This document shows positions 17,540 through 24,243 of a stretch of DNA of 24,243 nucleotides, one piece after another. A program made the translations under genes and the position numbers. The stretch spans positions 1 to 24,243 of the forward strand of contig DXJF01000092.1 of the NCBI GenBank assembly GCA_019057375.1, written 5' to 3'. The stretch's first letter is position 1. Every line of letters starts with the position of its first letter. Source of the stretch: Candidatus Heimdallarchaeota archaeon. GTDB taxonomy: Archaea > Asgardarchaeota > Heimdallarchaeia > Heimdallarchaeales > Heimdallarchaeaceae. The notes beneath the pieces are model-generated. The model had not been told where the DNA came from. It did no database searches and was given only the letters and a program-made list of their open reading frames with translations.

Positions 17540-17703
17540 AAGAATTTATTCGAGCAAAATTCATAAATTTTTTGGGATATCATCAAATCCTAACAAATTA
17601 GTTTGAATATTGTGAAATATTCTTTGTATTTATAAACTCAAGTAATTGTATTTCTATATCTAAATAAAAGTCCAGATAAAAAAGTTTTTTTAACGAAGAT
17701 ATA

Positions 17704-18156
17704 TTGCCGCTTAGCATGACTTCTAAACAACTGTCAAATTTAGAGGAATCTGAGAAAATAAAATTAGAACGAGACACGCTTAAGAATGAGCTCTATGTTC
17801 TAGCAAAAAATCACAAGCTATTAGAACAAACACTTGAAATTTTGAAAAAGGATTCAGATACTAAACGCAACGTGGATGAAATACTTCTAATAGCCTATAA
17901 GAAAAGATTGCAAGATTTTGAGACAAAACTACTTTCTTTGAGAAATGAAGTTTTGAATTTGAGTGTGCATCTCCCTCACTTAATCCTGTCAGTTTGGAAG
18001 CTACTCTCAGAAAAATCTAATGAAAGTTTGGATAAAAGAGTTTTTGCTACTGACAAAGAAAAAGCTGTAGAGTATATTTCTGAACGATTCCAAACAACTA
18101 TACTTGGTGCTGAAAGAATCTATTGTCTTTTACATGAATGGAGTTTTCGCTTTTGA
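17704..18156 (+). CDS. Hypothetical protein with an N-terminal coiled coil (150 aa)
   Basis: Heptad-like L/E/K-rich N-terminal half. No family recognised. The start is probably ATG 17716. Confidence 0.7.
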   Translation: MPLSMTSKQLSNLEESEKIKLERDTLKNELYVLAKNHKLLEQTLEILKKDSDTKRNVDEILLIAYKKRLQDFETKLLSLRNEVLNLSVHLPHLILSVWKLLSEKSNESLDKRVFATDKEKAVEYISERFQTTILGAERIYCLLHEWSFRF

Positions 18157-18178
18157 ACTGTTCAGATACATAAAACAA

Positions 18179-18295
18179 TTAGCTCTTGGAGAAAAGAAAC
18201 CTGAACCCAAGAAAAAATCTAATCCTTAAATCCTGGAGAAGCATTTTAAATACTGTTAGCATTTCTATATTGATTGCTTCAATTATAGATGTCAT
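18179..18295 (-). pseudogene. 5' stub of a third DinB copy (38 aa)
   Basis: MTSIIEAINIEMLTVFKML matches MTSITEAINIEMKAVFKML of copy 2 and then degenerates. The 27-bp stretch at 18283-18309 is identical to 17527-17553, and upstream DNA aligns to about 18372. Confidence 0.85.
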
Positions 18296-18419
18296 AAGAA
18301 TTTATTCGATCAAAATTCATAAATTTTTTAGGAAACCATCAAATCCTATGAAATTAACTAAAATATTGTGAAACATATTTAATACAATAAACAAAGATAA
18401 CTTCAAAGGATGTTAGTTT

Positions 18420-19715
18420 ATGAGAAGTGCTCGATCTAGATGGGAATCTTTAAACATAATCCGTAAAGAAAAGTTTGAAAAAGTTTTACCAATTGCTATG
18501 AGAGAAAATAATATTGACATGTGGATTCATGTAATGAGAGAAGGAAATCCTGATCCTCTTAACATTGACCTAGGAGGAGATAATGGTTACTTCATTTTCA
18601 CTGATCGAGGAAAAGATAGAATCGAACGAGCAGTATTAGGGGGATATGAGGGGGACCTTCAACCGTTGGCAGTGTATGATATTTTTAAACCTGAAGATGA
18701 ATTGCAAAAGTTTGTTTCTGAAAGAAATCCTAAACACATAGCAGTTAACATGTCAGATTGGATTGCAGTTGCTGATGGGCTTTCACATTCAGAATATCAA
18801 AAACTAACTTTAGCTTTAGGTGAAAAGTTTTCGAAAAGAATCGTTTCAGCTGAAATGGTTATTACTGATTTCAGAACTAGAAGAGTTCCATTTGAAATTG
18901 AAGTTTACTCAGAATTATGTGAAATTACTAGACAACTTCTAGAAAGAGCATTATCTAATGAAGTCATAGTTCCTGGTGAAACATCTTTAGAAGATGTAGG
19001 ATGGTGGATGGAAGATCAACTCTTAGCTCTTGGAATGAGTTCAACCTTTGATCTTGCTACTCCAATGATAATCCATTCAGAGAAAGCAGATAAGTCAGAA
19101 TACAGATTGAGTAAGTATGTTATCCAGTGTGGAGATCTTATGCAATATGACTACGGAATCAGTCATATGAACTTTGGAACAGATTTCAAACGTGTTGCAT
19201 ATGTATTAAAAGAAGGTAAAACTTCTGTACCTTCTGGTATTCAATTTGGTTGGGACAGAGCATTAGAAGCTCGAGAAGTTATTAAATCAAATATTAGAGT
19301 TGGTCAGACAGCAGGTGAAACTTTGAAGAAAATTGGGCAAGCTCTCGAAGATGCAGGGTTTGAGTATATCCACTTAGCAGTTGATCCGATGCTAGGAGGT
19401 GGATCTAGTTTAGACCCCAAAGAAGATCAAGAATATCCAGGAAAAACAGAAGTAATGATAGATTGTCATTGTGTGGGAAATACTGGAAACAGTGAGGTGG
19501 CAACAGGTCCCTCAATAGCAGGATTTCGTTCTGATAGAGCACATTTGACTATTAAACCAAATAATCTATTTGCATTTGAATTTATTGCCTATACGCCTAA
19601 TCCTGACTGGAGTGGTAGAAAAATACGCTTCAACATAGAGGATGATGCAATAGTAACTGAAAAAGGTGTTGAGTGGCTTTATCCACCAAATGAGAAGATA
19701 TTATTAATTCGTTGA
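18420..19715 (+). CDS. M24-family metallopeptidase (Xaa-Pro aminopeptidase-like)
   Basis: N-terminal MRENNIDMWIHVMRE. Pita-bread metal ligands appear as DYG...FGTDFKRVAY, HCVGN, FAFEF and IEDDAIVTEKG. Confidence 0.85.
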   Translation: MRSARSRWESLNIIRKEKFEKVLPIAMRENNIDMWIHVMREGNPDPLNIDLGGDNGYFIFTDRGKDRIERAVLGGYEGDLQPLAVYDIFKPEDELQKFVSERNPKHIAVNMSDWIAVADGLSHSEYQKLTLALGEKFSKRIVSAEMVITDFRTRRVPFEIEVYSELCEITRQLLERALSNEVIVPGETSLEDVGWWMEDQLLALGMSSTFDLATPMIIHSEKADKSEYRLSKYVIQCGDLMQYDYGISHMNFGTDFKRVAYVLKEGKTSVPSGIQFGWDRALEAREVIKSNIRVGQTAGETLKKIGQALEDAGFEYIHLAVDPMLGGGSSLDPKEDQEYPGKTEVMIDCHCVGNTGNSEVATGPSIAGFRSDRAHLTIKPNNLFAFEFIAYTPNPDWSGRKIRFNIEDDAIVTEKGVEWLYPPNEKILLIR

Positions 19716-19724
19716 GTTATCGAA

Positions 19725-19901
19725 TAGTAATTGCTTCTAGTGTGAGGGTATTGGTTAAACACTGAGAGCAATCGCTCATATAAATAGCTGGAATAGCTAG
19801 TTCTGTTGACCTATATCCTTTTTTTCTCCTTTGCCTAATTCTACTGTTATTTCGATATATTTTATAACTCCCTCTTGAACAAAGAGAATTAATAAGATGT
19901 A
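19725..19901 (+). pseudogene. Decayed 3' tail of a fourth beta-helix gene plus repeat X
   Basis: It reads LLLV*GYWLNTESNRSYK/IAGIASSVDLYP with a stop codon and 1-nt deletions, collinear with LLLEGNYWSNLGLNSTYEIAGDAGSVDLYP. It is followed by the copy of 16676-16735. Confidence 0.8.
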
Positions 19902-19940
19902 AAAACAAATATTTCAAAAATACTATTCTGGAGGTTAAAG

Positions 19941-21389
19941 ATGTTAGCTAGTCAAATAATCATTTCGCTTTGTTTTGTAGCAGTAATCATTCTATTGTTT
20001 ACTAACAAACTTAATCGAGCTATTGCATCTTTAACAGCTGCAGTTATAACCTATTTTGTTTTGGTTTTTTTAGAAGGAAGAGAATTTGATATAATCGTCG
20101 ATCTCTTGTTTGGAACTCCTTTAGATAAATTCGTCAACCTTCATGCCTTAATTCTGATTGTAGGTATGATGTTTATAGTACAGATATCCGATGAAGCTGG
20201 TCTTTTCCAGTTCTTAGGAGTCTTAGCAATAAAACTATCTAAAGGAAAACCGATTGCACTAATGGCTATTTTGGCTACTGTATCAGTAATATTCTCAGCA
20301 CTAATCAACAACATACTTACAGTAATGATACTCATTCCACTAACAATTACAATATCGCGTATGCTGAATATAGATCCTACACCGTACATCATCACTGAAG
20401 CTATAATGGTCAACATTGGAGGAACATTCTTCTCAATTTCATCGATTCCAAACATTTTAATTGTAACAGCTTCTGATATCAGCTTCAATCAATTCTTTAT
20501 CAATGTTGGATTATTCTCACTATTGATGGCAGTAATCACAATTGGATTCTTTATTTTTCTATATAGACAAGAACTTCGAGAACCTAGAAAAAGGATGGTA
20601 GACACACTAGAAGAATTCAATGTCTGGAACTTTGTTCCTAATAGAAGATTGCTCTATGCATCCATGAGCTCATTAGTAATTCTAATTGTATTATTGGTGA
20701 GTATAAATTCAGATAAGCTAACGCCTGATATAATAGCACTATCCATAGCAATGATTCTTATGATTTTCAGTACATTTAATGGACTGAAACCTAAGGAAAT
20801 AATGAAGAAATTTGATATCGAATTGATACTGTACTTATTAGGTATTTTTGTTATAGCAGGTGGTTTGGAAGTAGTTGGAGTCATCGATGTGATTGGTAAT
20901 GCTTTAAGCGGTTTAGGAAGCAGTAATCCTGTGTTTCAGTTTATTCTGATAATTTGGATTGGAGCATTTCTAAGTGCACTCATTGATAACATTCCTATAA
21001 CAAAAGTACTGTTACCAGTGATCACTCAGATGTCTTCTGGAAGTAATTACTACTACTATGCGCTTGCTTTTGGAGCTAATTGGGGCGATAATCTTACTCC
21101 ATTAGGAGACAATGTTCTAGTTTTCAACATTGCTGAACAAAACAATCGTCCAATAAAAATCAAAACATTTTGGAAATTAGGTTTTGCTACTACAATCATT
21201 CAATTAATTTTTGTATCTATCTACTTCACATTCTTCTCCACCCAAACCTATCTTATAGGTTTAATTCCGTTAATCTTCATAATTGCGACAGTTGGAATAG
21301 TTTTTATATTTTCGAAGTATGGTAATGACAAGACAAAATCATACTTGAATAAATGGGTAAACAAATTCAGATCATTAATAATTTCATAA
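19941..21389 (+). CDS. ArsB/NhaD (ion transporter superfamily; SLC13/P-protein-like) permease
   Basis: About 12-13 TM helices. Motifs SALINNILTVMILIP, NIGGTFFSISSIPNILI and FLSALIDNIP. Confidence 0.88.
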   Translation: MLASQIIISLCFVAVIILLFTNKLNRAIASLTAAVITYFVLVFLEGREFDIIVDLLFGTPLDKFVNLHALILIVGMMFIVQISDEAGLFQFLGVLAIKLSKGKPIALMAILATVSVIFSALINNILTVMILIPLTITISRMLNIDPTPYIITEAIMVNIGGTFFSISSIPNILIVTASDISFNQFFINVGLFSLLMAVITIGFFIFLYRQELREPRKRMVDTLEEFNVWNFVPNRRLLYASMSSLVILIVLLVSINSDKLTPDIIALSIAMILMIFSTFNGLKPKEIMKKFDIELILYLLGIFVIAGGLEVVGVIDVIGNALSGLGSSNPVFQFILIIWIGAFLSALIDNIPITKVLLPVITQMSSGSNYYYYALAFGANWGDNLTPLGDNVLVFNIAEQNNRPIKIKTFWKLGFATTIIQLIFVSIYFTFFSTQTYLIGLIPLIFIIATVGIVFIFSKYGNDKTKSYLNKWVNKFRSLIIS

Positions 21390-21399
21390 TGGGATAAAA

Positions 21400-23085
21400 A
21401 TGGTAATAAAAACATTAGAAAGGATAAAAAGAGCACTTCCAGAGGTTGAACATATCGTCATGTTCTATAATGATGGTACTGTCTATCAAACAACTTTTGA
21501 ACAATTTGAGGAGTCAGTAAACATCCCCAAAGTTGGTGAAGAGTTTGCTAAAATTCTTTTAACTTTAAAAAGTCTGTATGATTTATTGAATTATAAATTC
21601 AATGGATATAATCAACTTCTCTTCGACACCGAAGATATCGATGTGTTAATAATCAAAATTGGAGAAAATACAAATTTAGCTTTATTCTTCAGAAAATCTG
21701 TAGAAAAAGGAGAACTGCAAATAGATTCGATTAAAAAATACATTACTAAAATTGGGAAACTTATAGATATAGGGAGAATCGAATTAGTTGAAAGTGAAAT
21801 TCGTTTCAGCGATAGAGAACTCAAGAAACTCATTGATGACAAGGAAGAAAAGATGCAGAGACAGAGAGAGTTGAATATCTTAATAGAAGCTTCCTCTGAT
21901 GACATCAATGAAATAGAAAAAATCGAAAATGAAATTGATGAACTAACTGCTGCAATAAAGAGATCAGAAATAGATAGGGATGCAAGAGAAGAAGAAATAG
22001 AAAAAATCGAAGAGAAGATAAGTTCTGAAGAAGTGATGCAAGATCTTGTAAAAAAAGAGCTCAAACTTAAACGAGAAAATGTTAAAGCACTAGATAAACG
22101 GTTAAAAGACAAAATCGAGAAGAAGGAACTTCTAGAGAGAGAAGAGGAAGAGCAGAGGGATGAAGAAAAAATAGCTGATATTTCTAAGGAAATTATAGAT
22201 CTAGAAGAGCAAAGAGAAAATTCACAACTTGAAGTAGCTGAAAAGCAAGAAGAACAAAAGAATCTCAAAACTAAATTTGAAGAGGATAATATTAGAAGAA
22301 ATGAAATCATAGACGAAAAAGAGAAAAAAGAACTTGCAATTCAGGTGCTGTACAAAGACTTAGAAGCTAAAATGGAAAAGGAACAAGCATTAAAAGAAAC
22401 TGTTGACATAAAGAAGGATGTTGATAGGCTAGCGGAAATTGGGCAAGAAATAGAAAATCTGAAGGAACAAATCGATCAGCAGAAAGTAAAATCTGAAGAT
22501 AAAAATAAGGAAATGGATGATCTCAAATCTAAGATTGAAAAGACTGAAAAACAAATTGAAAAAATAGAAAAAGACAAACTAGAGTTTCATGAAAATATTG
22601 CTGAACTCGAAAATCAACTTGAAGAAAATAAACACAAGAAGAGTGAATTAAAAGCAAAACTCGATATAGAGTATGATGAGAAAAAGAAAAAGAAGATTGA
22701 AAAAGAAATAGAAAAACTCGAGAAGGATATTGATTATTGTCATGACTGCATGAATGAAGATCTTGAGAAGTTAGAGAAGAACAAACAGGAATTAACAGAG
22801 CTTCTTGAAGATATGGAAAATGAAAAACGATCTCTTACTAGGTCTCAAAAGGAATTTGAACTTAAGAATAAACAGTTGGAAGTTCTATACCAAGAACTAG
22901 ATGTTGAACTGGACATTCAGAAATCACTCACCTCAAGCATTGACCATGAAGAAGAATACAAGAAAGCAAGCAAAATCAATATTGAAATAGAGGACTTGGA
23001 AAGCGAAATTAAATCCATCAAAGAAGATATTGGTGAAAAAACAAAAGAGCTTGAAGAACTAAAAGAGAGGATTGAAGAATCCTAA
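21400..23085 (+). CDS. Roadblock/LC7 (longin/profilin-like) domain fused to a coiled coil of about 430 aa
   Basis: The N-terminal 120 aa or so show helix-strand-strand-helix-three strands-helix order (LPEVEHIVMFYNDGTVY...LLFDTEDIDVLIIKIGENTNLALFFRK). The remainder is a continuous E/K-rich heptad pattern. No Walker motifs and no TM helix. Confidence 0.75.
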   Translation: MVIKTLERIKRALPEVEHIVMFYNDGTVYQTTFEQFEESVNIPKVGEEFAKILLTLKSLYDLLNYKFNGYNQLLFDTEDIDVLIIKIGENTNLALFFRKSVEKGELQIDSIKKYITKIGKLIDIGRIELVESEIRFSDRELKKLIDDKEEKMQRQRELNILIEASSDDINEIEKIENEIDELTAAIKRSEIDRDAREEEIEKIEEKISSEEVMQDLVKKELKLKRENVKALDKRLKDKIEKKELLEREEEEQRDEEKIADISKEIIDLEEQRENSQLEVAEKQEEQKNLKTKFEEDNIRRNEIIDEKEKKELAIQVLYKDLEAKMEKEQALKETVDIKKDVDRLAEIGQEIENLKEQIDQQKVKSEDKNKEMDDLKSKIEKTEKQIEKIEKDKLEFHENIAELENQLEENKHKKSELKAKLDIEYDEKKKKKIEKEIEKLEKDIDYCHDCMNEDLEKLEKNKQELTELLEDMENEKRSLTRSQKEFELKNKQLEVLYQELDVELDIQKSLTSSIDHEEEYKKASKINIEIEDLESEIKSIKEDIGEKTKELEELKERIEES

Positions 23086-23448
23086 TTCAATTCTGTTTTT
23101 TATCCTTTTTGTCTAAACTTTTCCGAAAAATCAGATAGCTTGTTGAATTTCACATCTGAGGGAATGTAAAAAGGATAGATTATATTCGCAAAATTATCGA
23201 AAACCATAATCGTCTTGTTCTTTACACAAATGTTCCTACTAGAGATATTGAACTTTCTAAAGATCTCAAAAACGAAATTAGACGAGGAATTATTTGGTTA
23301 GATAGAAGTAGGAAAACTATGTTAATACTACATAAGAAGCCTACAAAACTTAAAATTTTGTTATCTTTCTTCTTCAAGGATTTTCTTTCATTTTTTATTT
23401 AGCTTAATTACGTAAAGTTATTAAACACAAATTGTTTTCTTCACTCAT

Positions 23449-24195
23449 ATGGTCACCATAATCTGTGGAAATAAGAAGTTTGATGATGTAGAAATCTTCT
23501 GCTTTGATAAGGACGGTACAGTACTTACTCTCAACATGTATAAACCTGTTATGAAGAAAAGAGCTGAACTACTCTTAGAGAAATACGGATTGAAACAAGA
23601 GAACTATAAGGAGCTACTAGCTCTAATGGGACTTAATCCTGAGACTCATGAAATAGATCATAAAGGACCTATACACATTGAGCGTGTTGAAATTATCCGC
23701 AGAACTAGAGAATATCTCCGTACATTTTCCATTAATTCCTCTATAGAAGATATCGCTGAACTTTTTGATGAGGTTGATCATTTAATTGATTTTACAGAAT
23801 ATGTTGAAGCTTTTGAAGGAGCTAGTACCCTTTTGGATTCAATAAGAAGTAAAGATATTAAGCTGATGTTATCTACTCATGATAGTTCAGAACCGGCATC
23901 TCAACAATTAGCTAGTGCAGGTCTTTTTGATTACTTTGACCTAGTTCTTGGTTTAGATATTGATTCCCCTTATCAGGCCAAACCAGCTCCCGACATGCTC
24001 CAATATGGTTGTAAAATTCTTGATGTAGATATTAGCAAATCCATTGTTGTTGGAGATGACGACCGTGATTTACTTATGGGTAGGAATGCTGGAGCTTTAG
24101 CTTGTATTGGTGTTCTTTCAGGTAAAGCTGAAGCTAAAGATTTCGAACATGCAGATGTTATATTAGATTCTATTGCTGATATAAAAATTAAGTAA
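23449..24195 (+). CDS. HAD-superfamily hydrolase (phosphoglycolate phosphatase-like)
   Basis: Motif I FDKDGTV, motif II STHD, motif III KPAPD, motif IV VVGDDDRD. Confidence 0.92.
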   Translation: MVTIICGNKKFDDVEIFCFDKDGTVLTLNMYKPVMKKRAELLLEKYGLKQENYKELLALMGLNPETHEIDHKGPIHIERVEIIRRTREYLRTFSINSSIEDIAELFDEVDHLIDFTEYVEAFEGASTLLDSIRSKDIKLMLSTHDSSEPASQQLASAGLFDYFDLVLGLDIDSPYQAKPAPDMLQYGCKILDVDISKSIVVGDDDRDLLMGRNAGALACIGVLSGKAEAKDFEHADVILDSIADIKIK

Positions 24196-24243
24196 GTTCT
24201 TCTAATTTATTCTGTGATATTTTTCTTTTGATTTAGAATATAT

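Noticed and set aside
18186-18371. 61-aa plus-strand ORF
   Set aside because: It is the reverse strand of the DinB stub and its promoter.
13907-19901. CRISPR array, IS element, integron attC sites or a diversity-generating retroelement as the explanation for the repeats
   Set aside because: The repeats are gene ends at irregular spacing. I saw no terminal inverted repeats, transposase, integrase or reverse transcriptase, and the differences between copies are not restricted to adenines.
19717-19917. 66-aa minus-strand ORF
   Set aside because: It is the reverse strand of the decayed beta-helix tail and repeat X.
877-21436. Short ORFs nested antisense or out of frame in real genes (877, 1607, 1650, 2242, 6111, 6682, 6769, 7459, 8461, 8531, 9391, 9886, 10425, 11124, 11863, 13876, 16084, 16425, 20141, 20654, 21248)
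   Set aside because: Each overlaps a longer gene with a recognisable family or architecture and shows no motif of its own.
21612-22310. 232-aa minus-strand ORF rich in Ser, Leu, Phe and Ile
   Set aside because: It is the antisense shadow of the GAA/AAA-rich coiled-coil gene, and its composition is what those reverse-complemented codons produce.
21400-23085. SMC or Rad50 ATPase annotation
   Set aside because: There are no Walker A/B or signature motifs at either end.

Overview
This AT-rich window (roughly 30% GC by eye) reads as an archaeal accessory region, most likely from an Asgard archaeon of the Heimdallarchaeia type. The taxonomy is an inference from leaderless TATA-type promoters, a Roadblock-like domain fused to a long coiled coil, and propeller-FN3-TM and NosD-type surface proteins. 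About 23 intact CDS are present. (1) 690-7849: a surface-protein block containing a membrane-anchored winged-helix regulator, three copies of the palindrome CCTTAA-N4-TTAAGG, and two tandem 7-blade propeller/FN3/TM paralogues. (2) 8093-13508: Dus, an ArsR with a four-Cys tail and two matching operators, a class V aminotransferase and a GNAT acetyltransferase. (3) 13.5-19.9 kb: a rearrangement hotspot with two intact beta-helix genes, one in-frame internally deleted copy, one decayed 3' tail, two intact DinB genes, a third DinB 5' stub that keeps its promoter, a GNAT stub, and an M24 peptidase flanked by the same two repeats that flank one beta-helix gene. (4) 19941-24195: an ArsB/NhaD-type transporter, a Roadblock-coiled-coil protein with a CxxC motif, and a HAD hydrolase. 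I saw no rRNA, tRNA, CRISPR array, transposase, integrase or reverse transcriptase. All family assignments come from motif recognition by eye, with no database search.
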